A stretch of 64,000 nucleotides of DNA, taken from IMG/VR virus record IMGVR_UViG_3300014204_000110. One strand, written 5' to 3'. Of this stretch, positions 1 through 9,570 are shown piece by piece (the stretch's first letter is position 1; each line of letters starts with the position of its first letter). The notes under the pieces were generated by a model. It was not told the origin of the DNA. It did no database searches and saw only the letters and a program-made list of their open reading frames with translations. The translations under genes and the position numbers were made by a program. This stretch comes from a virus. Taxonomy: Duplodnaviria > Caudoviricetes.

Positions 1-1
1 T

Positions 2-139
2 AAAGCTACTACAAGATCAAATATTATGCCATATTATAGTAGTGTAAGAAAAGGAACAGTTACTTCAGTCAGGTCTGTTCAAGAAAGAAATTTATCTTTA
101 TTTTTAAATAAACATGCAATAGGACATACAAGGTATTAA
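2..139 (+). CDS. 3' end of a small basic hypothetical protein (partial at window edge)
   Basis: Open frame from nt 2 to TAA 137-139, ending ...NLSLFLNKHAIGHTRY; next ATG at 142. Confidence 0.5.
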   Translation, partial: KATTRSNIMPYYSSVRKGTVTSVRSVQERNLSLFLNKHAIGHTRY

Positions 140-141
140 AT

Positions 142-645
142 ATGTCATCTATGTATAAACCATCATCAAAACTTGCAAGATCTTCATATATGCAAGGTTT
201 TAAATCAAGCCCATTAAGTAGACAAACTTATAAAAAAATGAGTGCTAATATAATGCCTAAAGTCTCTAGAGGTAGTGATCCTATAATGGCTCAAAATTCT
301 CTTGGACGAGTACGATCAGATAAAAAATTTAATATATATCGTGGTGTTAGCAAGTCACTTATAGGTAAGAGTAAGGTTATTCCATCTCCTATAAGAAAAG
401 GTGGACTTAAAGGTGCTCTTGTTACTGGTGCTGTTTCTATGTTAAATGTTGCAATAATGAAAGGTGCTATGAATCCAGGACGCTTTGAAGTATATGGTCG
501 TATGATGCAAAATTTAGCAGTAGGTAAAAACATGTTGAATAATACTAGACTAGGATTAGCATCTGGAACCTCTAGAATGAACGATATGGGACACACAATG
601 GGATTATCTTTAGCTTTATCTAAATCTCGTCATGGACGTTACTAA
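142..645 (+). CDS. Basic Gly/Met-rich hypothetical protein, possibly an internal virion protein
   Basis: 167-aa ORF; TAATG overlap with the next gene. Confidence 0.6.
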   Translation: MSSMYKPSSKLARSSYMQGFKSSPLSRQTYKKMSANIMPKVSRGSDPIMAQNSLGRVRSDKKFNIYRGVSKSLIGKSKVIPSPIRKGGLKGALVTGAVSMLNVAIMKGAMNPGRFEVYGRMMQNLAVGKNMLNNTRLGLASGTSRMNDMGHTMGLSLALSKSRHGRY

Positions 646-1487
646 TGTATCAATATGATCCTTATACTGGTGATCAAATACAACCTCAAAGTAATCTTGT
701 AGGTGAGATTGCTTCATATCCTATTAAACCATCTAGTTATTTTACATTAGCTACATCATATCCAGGAATGTATAGTCCAACTAATGGTGTTAAAATACCT
801 TTCAGAAAACTTGCTAAAGATATTAAAAAAAGTATAAAAAGTCCTGCCATATATAATAGATATAATCAAAGATTTGGTAAAAATGCACTTAAAACTAAAT
901 TTGTAGGTCTAGGCTCAAGAGCAATAACTAGTCCATTTTCACTTGGAATGACCGAAAGTGAATGGGTTGGTAAAGATTGGCTTAATAAAAAATCTGTTCA
1001 AAAATATAAAAGAGTTGTAAATAAAAATGATTTTAATGTCGCGCTTGGTGAAGCTAAAAAAGATTATCTTAGACAACCAAATACAAATAAAGCATCATGG
1101 ACTCTATTTAATAGAATCTCTGAAGGATCTAGAATTAAAAACGAAATAGGAACTTATGTTAAAGATGGTTTTGGATTTTCTAGAAAACAAATATTAGCAA
1201 AAGGTGCTCTTGGAGTTGCAAAAGTCGGATCTACTATTGGTCTTGGACTTCTTGCTATTGATCTAGCTTCTATGGTTGCTAAACCATTAGCTCAAGCAGC
1301 TATAGGAACATTAAACAATCTTGCTACTGAATATCAGAACCGATTTATGCCAGAAATGGGCGGACAACTTGCTTTAAGTTATCTATCTCAAGGCGCTTAC
1401 ACCGAGAGACAAAGAGCTATACAAAGTATATCTCGCTCTTCTTTGAATGCGAGGAGTGCGCTAGGTCAAGAAGCCAATTACATGTAA
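645..1487 (+). CDS. Hypothetical protein with a C-terminal hydrophobic Gly/Ala segment
   Basis: 280-aa ORF immediately upstream of the terminase. Confidence 0.6.
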   Translation: MYQYDPYTGDQIQPQSNLVGEIASYPIKPSSYFTLATSYPGMYSPTNGVKIPFRKLAKDIKKSIKSPAIYNRYNQRFGKNALKTKFVGLGSRAITSPFSLGMTESEWVGKDWLNKKSVQKYKRVVNKNDFNVALGEAKKDYLRQPNTNKASWTLFNRISEGSRIKNEIGTYVKDGFGFSRKQILAKGALGVAKVGSTIGLGLLAIDLASMVAKPLAQAAIGTLNNLATEYQNRFMPEMGGQLALSYLSQGAYTERQRAIQSISRSSLNARSALGQEANYM

Positions 1488-1490
1488 ATT

Positions 1491-4400
1491 ATGAATAATT
1501 CAAATATAATAAAAACATTTTCTGATCCACTAATATGGTGTGAGAGTTATTTAAGAGATCCTAGAGATAGGGATAAACCTCTTGTTCTTCGATCATATCA
1601 ACAAAATATTCTTAAAAATACTCGTAAATATAAGAGCATGATAAGTCGATGGGGTCGTCGTTGTGTTGCTGAAGATAGTCCAGTACAATTATATAATGGA
1701 ACTACAATTAAAATACAAGATATTAAAGTTGGTTATAAAGTAGCATCTTGGTCTTTTAATAAACAAAAAGCAGTTCCTGGAAATGTAAGTGAAGTATTTA
1801 ATAATGGTATTCAAGATATATTTGAAGTGTTACTTGAAAATGATTTAATTATAAAATGCACATCCAATCATCCAATTTTAATTTTAAGAAATACTACATA
1901 TTTATATAAACAAATAGATAGAGATTTATCTATAAATGATATGTGTGTAATTTTAAATAAAGATCACACATTTTCTACTTCTAGAATTGTAGATATAACA
2001 TATATTGGTAAAAAACAAACATATGATATAACTGTTGATAATTATAGTAATTTTTCTTGTAATTTTATCATTTGTCATAATAGTGGAAAAAGCGTAACTT
2101 TCTGTGCAGATACATTATGGTGGGCGCAGGCTTATCCACTAGTACGAATGATAGAAACTAAAGCAATAAAACAGAAGTCATTTAGAGTACTTGTCTTTTG
2201 TCCTTATGAATCACAAATTAAAGAACTCTGGAATACTTATACACAATTGATTGGTGATAGTCCATTACTTATGGATCAGTTAGTTAAGATAAGAACTTCT
2301 GATATACATCTTATTGAATTTAAAGGTACTGACGATAGTACTCGTGGAAGCACAATTGAAGGATTCACGATTGGTATTAGTTCATCTAACCAAGGTACAA
2401 GTTTACGCGGATTATGTCTTGGTGAAAACACAAGAATATCTATGATAGATGGTAGTACAAAAAATATTAAAGATTTAAATATAAACGATAAAATAATATC
2501 TTATAATATTAATTCTAAATCATTTGTTGAAGATTCAATTGCTTATATTGCTGATGAAGAAGAAAAAGAATTATTTGAGATAGAATTTCAATCAGGTAGA
2601 AAAATACAATCCTCAAAAGATCATAAATTTCTTACAGATAATGGATGGAAAAAACTTGAAGATATAACATTATTTGATAAAATTAAATCATCTTTTAATT
2701 TTGTAACAAATTCAGTAACAAATCCTCAAGATGAGTATGTCAAAATATGTGCATATTTAATAGGAGATGGATGTATATCAGATAATAGAATTAAAAACAG
2801 TACCATTCCTTTTACTAATACTAATAAAAAATTAATAGATGATTATAAAAATTGTCTAAAAACTTTAGGATTTTATTTTAGTGAACAAAGAAAAAAAGAA
2901 TGGGTAAATAAACAACCAATAGATATAGTTGTTACTGGTTTTAAAAGAAAACAACCAAAATTTTATCAATTTTTAAAAGATTATGAGTTATTAGGTAAAA
3001 TTCATAATACTAAAAGTGTTCCAGATATAATTAAAAAATCATCTACGTTAAAAAAAGCATTATTTTTAAGACATTTATTTTCAACTGACGGCTGGTGTAG
3101 TTTATATATATCTAAACAAAATTATAATCAGTGCGAAATAGGATATTGTTCAACATCCTTCAAATTATGTCAAGATATTCATGATATATTATATCAATTT
3201 GGAATATATAGTAAAATTCAAACTAAATATTATTATGTTAATAATATCAAATTTATTAAATATGAATTAAAAATTAGAAGTAAAACTAATATTAAAACTT
3301 TTTTTCAAAAAATTGGATATATTTTTGGAAAAGAAAATAGTTGTAAAATAGTAGATAATATTGTTAGTGTTGGTGTTCATGCTGATAAAATTAATCCAGA
3401 ATATGAAAAAATAATTTCTATAAAATCTATAGGTTTAAAAAAATGTTATGATATTACTACAAAAAAATACCATAACTTTATAGCAAATGGAGTTATTACT
3501 CATAATTCTGGAGATATGGTTTTTATAGATGAAATGGATTATATTCCATCTGATATTATGGAACAAGTTATATTACCTATTACTACAACACACGTTGATG
3601 TAAGACTTCGAATTTGTTCTACTCCTAGTGGTAAACGTGAGAAATTTTTCCATTTTTGCTCAGATTCAAAACAACTTGGATGGTTTCATACTCATATACA
3701 ATCATGGCATCCAGATAATACTAACTGGAGAAGTATAGAACAAGCAAGAAAACTTGGAATACCAATAGAAGAAAGTACTGAATTTCAAGTAAGACATAGT
3801 ACAACAACTTCTGCTTTTGAACGTGAATATGGTGCTGAGTTTGGTGAAGAATTTGGTGGAGTATATAAACATACACTTATAAATAAATCTATTACTAAAT
3901 ATAATCGTAATATAGATACAAGAGATCTAGATGTATTTGATCCTGGATTTGAACAAAATCCAGAACATAAATATATTGTTGGAGTTGACTGGAATAGTTA
4001 CGTTAATGGTGGTCAGGTTGTAATGGTTGAATACTGTAGTACTCCAACATTGCATACTTTTTATGACGATGATAGACAAGAAGATGTTATTGTTGATTTC
4101 ACTGGCAAATATAGATTATTTTATAGAAGAAGTATAAAGTCTCAAGAATCCACACAACGTATGACTCGTAATGAAGTTATAAGATTAATGACTTATTATA
4201 AAGTTGATTACGTGTATGTTGATTATGGAGCTGGTGATACTAATATCGAAGAATTATCTCTTTATGGAAGAGGTCATCCAGAATTAAAACTTTCTGAAAA
4301 ATTAGTCGTCATAGATAGTGGTGCTGTTGCTGAACATTATGATCATATAATTGGAAAAAAAGTTAAAAAAAGAAATAAGACTTTAATGGTAAACTTTTCA

Positions 4401-4835
4401 GTAATATCTCTTGAAGAAGGAATGTTTTTACTTCCAAAAGAAGAAGATCAAGATACTAGACTTGTTGGTCAGATGAGAAGTTATGTTGTTAAAAATATAA
4501 CAGCTCGTGGAGAATATTCATATGAAGGTGATGATCATATACTTGATGCTTTTAATTTAGCTATATATGGATTTCAACAAAAGTTCGGTCAATTGATGGC
4601 ATCTAGAATTAAGTATGATATAAATATTACTGCTGATCCTAGAATGCAATACTTTCCTAAACGTGCTGGAAATATAACAACACCTATTCCTATTAAGATC
4701 AAAAACTCTTATAGTACACCAATAAGAGATCCTGAAAAACCATTGGCCTATCCTCATAAAAATAATCGATCAGCATTTCCATTGGTTGGTGCTGGACGAT
4801 CATTACATTTTAATACAAGACGTGGATCTTTTTAA
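1491..4835 (+). CDS. terL: Terminase large subunit precursor with two inteins (mature about 610 aa)
   Basis: LRSYQ Q-motif; Walker A GRR|SGKS and Walker B VFIDEMD restored after intein removal; STPSG motif; RNase H-like GVDWN, YVDYG and DHILDA motifs. Confidence 0.93.
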   Translation: MNNSNIIKTFSDPLIWCESYLRDPRDRDKPLVLRSYQQNILKNTRKYKSMISRWGRRCVAEDSPVQLYNGTTIKIQDIKVGYKVASWSFNKQKAVPGNVSEVFNNGIQDIFEVLLENDLIIKCTSNHPILILRNTTYLYKQIDRDLSINDMCVILNKDHTFSTSRIVDITYIGKKQTYDITVDNYSNFSCNFIICHNSGKSVTFCADTLWWAQAYPLVRMIETKAIKQKSFRVLVFCPYESQIKELWNTYTQLIGDSPLLMDQLVKIRTSDIHLIEFKGTDDSTRGSTIEGFTIGISSSNQGTSLRGLCLGENTRISMIDGSTKNIKDLNINDKIISYNINSKSFVEDSIAYIADEEEKELFEIEFQSGRKIQSSKDHKFLTDNGWKKLEDITLFDKIKSSFNFVTNSVTNPQDEYVKICAYLIGDGCISDNRIKNSTIPFTNTNKKLIDDYKNCLKTLGFYFSEQRKKEWVNKQPIDIVVTGFKRKQPKFYQFLKDYELLGKIHNTKSVPDIIKKSSTLKKALFLRHLFSTDGWCSLYISKQNYNQCEIGYCSTSFKLCQDIHDILYQFGIYSKIQTKYYYVNNIKFIKYELKIRSKTNIKTFFQKIGYIFGKENSCKIVDNIVSVGVHADKINPEYEKIISIKSIGLKKCYDITTKKYHNFIANGVITHNSGDMVFIDEMDYIPSDIMEQVILPITTTHVDVRLRICSTPSGKREKFFHFCSDSKQLGWFHTHIQSWHPDNTNWRSIEQARKLGIPIEESTEFQVRHSTTTSAFEREYGAEFGEEFGGVYKHTLINKSITKYNRNIDTRDLDVFDPGFEQNPEHKYIVGVDWNSYVNGGQVVMVEYCSTPTLHTFYDDDRQEDVIVDFTGKYRLFYRRSIKSQESTQRMTRNEVIRLMTYYKVDYVYVDYGAGDTNIEELSLYGRGHPELKLSEKLVVIDSGAVAEHYDHIIGKKVKKRNKTLMVNFSVISLEEGMFLLPKEEDQDTRLVGQMRSYVVKNITARGEYSYEGDDHILDAFNLAIYGFQQKFGQLMASRIKYDINITADPRMQYFPKRAGNITTPIPIKIKNSYSTPIRDPEKPLAYPHKNNRSAFPLVGAGRSLHFNTRRGSF
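1662..2081 (+). mobile_element. Mini-intein (140 aa, no endonuclease) in terminase Walker A
   Basis: Begins CVAEDS, has block B CTSNHPI, ends TYDITV...ICHN followed by Ser(+1); removal gives GRRSGKS. Confidence 0.92.
2415..3506 (+). mobile_element. Intein (364 aa) with LAGLIDADG homing endonuclease, upstream of terminase Walker B
   Basis: Begins CLGENT, has SSKDHKF, LAGLIDADG-like YLIGDG and HLFSTDGW, ends ANGVITHN followed by Ser; removal gives LRGLSGDMVFIDE. Confidence 0.93.
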
Positions 4836-6028
4836 TGGATAAAACATATCAAATATCAGAGTTTATAAATAAAAGTTTACCTCCAGAAGTTCTAGAGCAA
4901 CTTAAAATAGTTGATAGAGTTAAACATTTTCTTAAACCAACAACTGTATCTTCAATATCACAAATAGAAGATCAACCAGAAAAACCTACAGATCAAACTC
5001 TTTCAACACAAAGAGAAGTTGAAGATGAGATTGATAAACTTATAGATGATGTAAAGGATTTTGAAGATCTTGTAGAACAACTTGAAGATCTTGCTGATGA
5101 ACATCTTAAAAATATGGCAATACCTTCTGAAAATAATCTTGTATCTGATGCAGTAAATAAACTTGGTGGTAAAGATGGAGTTATAACAAAAGAAATTCTT
5201 GATAAAGCTCAAGCTATAATAGATTATGTTCCAATGATGTCTTTAGGACAAGATCCAGTATTAGCAGCTTTGCTTGGTGATGGAGTTATTGATGGACCAT
5301 ATGTAAGTTGTAATGAAATAACATCAAATATTGGAAGAGAATTAAAATTAAAAGTTAAAGGTATAAATTCTGCAGAAGTAGTTATAAAAGATCAAGCATC
5401 TAAAATGAATGAAACTCATGATGCAAAAATGAAAAATTTTCTTATAGAATTTATATTACAATTATGGTGGAATCAACTTTGGCCTAAATTTGTTGTTGAT
5501 CTTGCTATAATAAATCCAAATAGAATTCTTGCAACTCCTCCAGATAGTGTTGTTTGTTTTTTTAAAAGTATAAAATGGAATGGACAAACATATCCTAGAT
5601 TTAGAAGAAAACCAAAAGATAGTATTACTGGAACATCTAATTCTGGTTATAGTGACGCCAATGGACCAGTTAATAAATTGTTAAATAAATTAAGAATGTT
5701 ATTATTATGTAAGTTACCTAAAAAGTTTTATAAAAACTATAAACCAGATGCTAAATTAAACTGTCCAGAAGATCAATTAAATGATTGCGTTGCTAAAACT
5801 GATAATCCAAAAGATATGTCTGGAAGTAAAGATTTATCTGATCTTGAAAAAATATATAATGATATAGATGAAAATTCTCCATGTTTTGATGTAAATGATT
5901 TAATTGGTAATATGTCTTCAGATCAACCACAAGGATTTGGATGTCCTCCAGAATGTATACAAGCTGCAAAAGTTATATTAGATGCAGTAATGGCTGATGC
6001 ATTAACTCCATTAGAAAGTAATGTATAA
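4835..6028 (+). CDS. Hypothetical protein (acidic coiled coil, hydrophobic segment, Cys-rich C-terminus)
   Basis: 397-aa ORF coupled by TAATG on both sides. Confidence 0.65.
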   Translation: MDKTYQISEFINKSLPPEVLEQLKIVDRVKHFLKPTTVSSISQIEDQPEKPTDQTLSTQREVEDEIDKLIDDVKDFEDLVEQLEDLADEHLKNMAIPSENNLVSDAVNKLGGKDGVITKEILDKAQAIIDYVPMMSLGQDPVLAALLGDGVIDGPYVSCNEITSNIGRELKLKVKGINSAEVVIKDQASKMNETHDAKMKNFLIEFILQLWWNQLWPKFVVDLAIINPNRILATPPDSVVCFFKSIKWNGQTYPRFRRKPKDSITGTSNSGYSDANGPVNKLLNKLRMLLLCKLPKKFYKNYKPDAKLNCPEDQLNDCVAKTDNPKDMSGSKDLSDLEKIYNDIDENSPCFDVNDLIGNMSSDQPQGFGCPPECIQAAKVILDAVMADALTPLESNV

Positions 6029-6276
6029 TGAGTTATATAAGAAAAAATGGATACGTCCAAGGAGCTTTATTATTTCTTCCTCAAATTAAAAAATTAAGAG
6101 AAACTCTTGAATTTGAAAAATTTCAATGTAGAGTTCTTAAGGATGATGAACGAACACAAGAATTTAAAAAGAAAACAGAAGAACTTAAAGATAGTATATA
6201 TGCTTTTAGATATAATAATATAGAGTCTGAAAAAATGACTGAAGCAGGAAAGAAATATGAATCAAAAGGGACCTAA
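6028..6276 (+). CDS. Small hypothetical protein
   Basis: 82-aa ORF overlapping both neighbours. Confidence 0.55.
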   Translation: MSYIRKNGYVQGALLFLPQIKKLRETLEFEKFQCRVLKDDERTQEFKKKTEELKDSIYAFRYNNIESEKMTEAGKKYESKGT

Positions 6277-7498
6277 TAGTCAAATAGATGTTGATCAATT
6301 TTCTACTGGTATTAAAAATGTATTTAATACTATAGAACATCCATCTATTACAAATATTCTTGGAACTCCTGGACAAGAATTAAGAAAACGTAGTGAATTA
6401 TTATCTCAAATGGTTAATAATTTAAATAAACCAATATTAAAAGCTTTAGCTAATGATATGCTCACTACAATGGTTTCTTGGCTTGATGATCCTCAAGTGT
6501 TATGCTGTCTTATACAAGGAATATGGTCTTCTTATGTTGCTAAAAATGTTAATTTAAGTGCAAGTTCAAAAATTAAATTAGCAGATAGTGATTTTGGAAA
6601 GTTTCTAGATAATCTTATAGCATTTGTTGATTTTATAATTATTTTTATAACTCAGGATATTAGAAGATTAGTTATATTCATTCCTGATCTTATTAAAGAA
6701 ATAATGAACGCAATAATGGGAATGATAATATTACTTATTCAAGAAACTGCTTTTGCTCTTAGAAATTCTGTATTATCAGTTATATTTGAATGGATGGATA
6801 AATGGGATACAGAACGTACTTGGTCAAAATGTCTTCCACTTAAACAAATGATTAATATTTTAAAAAAGTATATAAGTGATTATGGAATTTTAGCAACCAT
6901 ATTTGAAAAGATTAAAGGATATATATCTGGATTAAGTATTAAATCAGAAAAAATAGCGAAAGAACTTGTTCCTAATGTTAAAGATCTAGAATTTTTATAT
7001 TGGTTACGTGATTTATTAATTAAACTTAAACGAGCTTCTTTAAATTTTGATTTATGTATAGACTATGATTTTTTACCAACTTCTGATACAATTAATACAA
7101 ATAATGATGAAAATAATCAAAAATTTGCTAAAAAAACATACATTGATGAAATAAATGATGAAAATAAAGACTTCCAAGGTGATATTAAAAAACAACAAGG
7201 CTATACTATTGGATCAGATGGTACTATTTTTATAGATAAAGATAATACCTTGAATGATAATGGAAATTGGATACCAAGATTATCAAATAGTTTTTTAAGA
7301 GAATTTATTCATAAAGAATATAGTATTCCATATGATGTAATAGACAATACTATTACTCGTGGAACATCAAAAGATAATATTCAAGGAACTTCAATTACGT
7401 CAGATAATTTTATAATTCAAGATAGATGTGCTAATACACCAACATCTCAAGAAACAATTCAATGGATATTAAATTTGAGGAGTAGATTGAATACATGA
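6257..7498 (+). CDS. Hypothetical protein with a long hydrophobic helical region
   Basis: 413-aa ORF; ATGA overlap with the portal gene. Confidence 0.65.
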   Translation: MNQKGPNSQIDVDQFSTGIKNVFNTIEHPSITNILGTPGQELRKRSELLSQMVNNLNKPILKALANDMLTTMVSWLDDPQVLCCLIQGIWSSYVAKNVNLSASSKIKLADSDFGKFLDNLIAFVDFIIIFITQDIRRLVIFIPDLIKEIMNAIMGMIILLIQETAFALRNSVLSVIFEWMDKWDTERTWSKCLPLKQMINILKKYISDYGILATIFEKIKGYISGLSIKSEKIAKELVPNVKDLEFLYWLRDLLIKLKRASLNFDLCIDYDFLPTSDTINTNNDENNQKFAKKTYIDEINDENKDFQGDIKKQQGYTIGSDGTIFIDKDNTLNDNGNWIPRLSNSFLREFIHKEYSIPYDVIDNTITRGTSKDNIQGTSITSDNFIIQDRCANTPTSQETIQWILNLRSRLNT

Positions 7499-9570
7499 GC
7501 TGGTTAGATATATTTAAATCAAATTCTAAACAAGAAAAAGAAATTACTACAATAGAAGTTTCTGATTCAGTTATTCTTGCAAATGGTCAAGATAAACGCG
7601 AAGTAGATGATCCAACATCTAAATTTTGTTGTCCATCTCCAGTTAAAAGGTATCAATATACAAGACGTAATGTAAGTTATAAACCATCTGAGTATGATCT
7701 AGAAATGGTCGCTAATGCAGTTAGTCTAGATGGTATTCTTCGTAGAACTGTTAATATATATGTAGAACAGATACTTAAAAATGGTTATGAAATAAATTCT
7801 GAAAACGATAAAATAAGTAAACACGTTGCAAAACGACTTAAAGAAATACAATATTTTACTGGTATTTCATTTTATGAACTTTTAAATCAAATTTCTACTC
7901 AACTTGTTACTTATGGTAACGCATACGTTATTAAAGAACGCGCCAGAGATGTAAGCAAATTTGGAAAAGGTTATAGATTATATAATCGTAGTGTTTATCC
8001 AATTGTAGGATTATTTTGTGCTGATGCTTCTACTATGGAGGTTGGTCTTAATGATGCTGGAACAGTAGTAACTTATAAACAAGAAATTCGTGGAGAAGCA
8101 AATGAATGGGATGAACGAGATGTTATTCATTTTACTTATAATAAAATACCAGGAACACTTACAGGACAAAGTCAGATACTTCCAGTTCTAGATGACGTAA
8201 GAGCACTTCGAAAACTTGAAGAAGAAATAGAAATTTTAGGATTTCAATATTCTATTCCTCTTTATCTTTATAAAGTTGGTACAAAAGAAATACCACCAGC
8301 TCCTGGAGAAGTTGAACTTGTAAGTAGTACAATAGCTAATATGCCTTCTTATGGAATGCTTGTTGTTCCTGGTCATCACGATATTACTATTCCATCTAAT
8401 ACAAATAGCATGGATATCATAAAATATGTTGATCATTTTAAAAGTAGAATATTTGGTGGACTTGGAGTATCTCCTGTAGCACTAGGTCAGAGTGATACTT
8501 CTAATCGTAATACTGCTCAAGTAGCAGATCTAGCAATGCAAAGTATTACTAAATCATATCAACAAATTGAAAAAAATAAAATAGAACTTGAATTATTTCG
8601 TGAACTTATGCTTGATGGTGGATTTGATAGTATTGATGATGAAGTTGAATTTAGATTTCCTGAAATTGATATTGAAACTCAAATTAAAAAAGAAACACAT
8701 ATTATAGCAAAATGGCAGAATAATCTTATTACAAGAACTGAAGCTCGTAATGAAATGGATTATGAAAATAAAGTAAAAGATAGTGATACATTTTTAAATA
8801 CAGTTGATATTCCTAAAATTGAAGCTCAACAAAAAGGTCAAATGGAATTAGCAGAATTAAATAATGCTAATGCAGTTAAACTTGCTAAGTTAAAACCAGC
8901 ACCATCTGCTGGTGGAGAAAAAACTTCTACTCCAGCATTACCTAAACCAAATTCTGGTGGAAAATCAGTTACCAAAGTTACACATACAATTACTGCTCCT
9001 AAGAATCAAAAATCTACAAGTAATAAAGTAGCTCCAGCTAATCAACATGGAAAATCTACAAGACCCAAATATGTTAAAAATTCTAGTGATAATATTTTTG
9101 ATGGATTATCATTATTTAATAACGATAATTTTTCTAAAACACTATCAAAAAATATAACTGATTATTTATATGAAGAACTTGATTATACTATAAATAAGTT
9201 ATGTTCTTTTTATCATAAACCAAAGTTTGAAATTAATACAGATATAACAGATAAGTATTTTTCTGGATTAGACATGATAATATCTAATAGAGTTTCAACT
9301 GCGGTTAAATTTTTAGATGAATATGATAAATTAGATTTATATAATCAGAAGACAAAAGAGTTTGTTGATGATCAAGTATCTAAAGTTCATAATTTGGCTA
9401 AAATTCTAATGTACAAAGAATTTGATATTAACACTATACTAATATCAGCGGATAACTGCGATAAACACGCAGATGTTATTATTAATCTAGATAATTTTGA
9501 TTATAGTAAACTTCCACCATTTGGATATCAATGTAAGTGTGAAATAAGTGAAGAGAATTTAAATGAGTAA
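7495..9570 (+). CDS. Portal protein
   Basis: Position between terminase and protease; portal-like motifs LVTYGNAYV, DVIHF, IFGGLGVSPVALG, LITRTEARNEM. Confidence 0.85.
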   Translation: MSWLDIFKSNSKQEKEITTIEVSDSVILANGQDKREVDDPTSKFCCPSPVKRYQYTRRNVSYKPSEYDLEMVANAVSLDGILRRTVNIYVEQILKNGYEINSENDKISKHVAKRLKEIQYFTGISFYELLNQISTQLVTYGNAYVIKERARDVSKFGKGYRLYNRSVYPIVGLFCADASTMEVGLNDAGTVVTYKQEIRGEANEWDERDVIHFTYNKIPGTLTGQSQILPVLDDVRALRKLEEEIEILGFQYSIPLYLYKVGTKEIPPAPGEVELVSSTIANMPSYGMLVVPGHHDITIPSNTNSMDIIKYVDHFKSRIFGGLGVSPVALGQSDTSNRNTAQVADLAMQSITKSYQQIEKNKIELELFRELMLDGGFDSIDDEVEFRFPEIDIETQIKKETHIIAKWQNNLITRTEARNEMDYENKVKDSDTFLNTVDIPKIEAQQKGQMELAELNNANAVKLAKLKPAPSAGGEKTSTPALPKPNSGGKSVTKVTHTITAPKNQKSTSNKVAPANQHGKSTRPKYVKNSSDNIFDGLSLFNNDNFSKTLSKNITDYLYEELDYTINKLCSFYHKPKFEINTDITDKYFSGLDMIISNRVSTAVKFLDEYDKLDLYNQKTKEFVDDQVSKVHNLAKILMYKEFDINTILISADNCDKHADVIINLDNFDYSKLPPFGYQCKCEISEENLNE

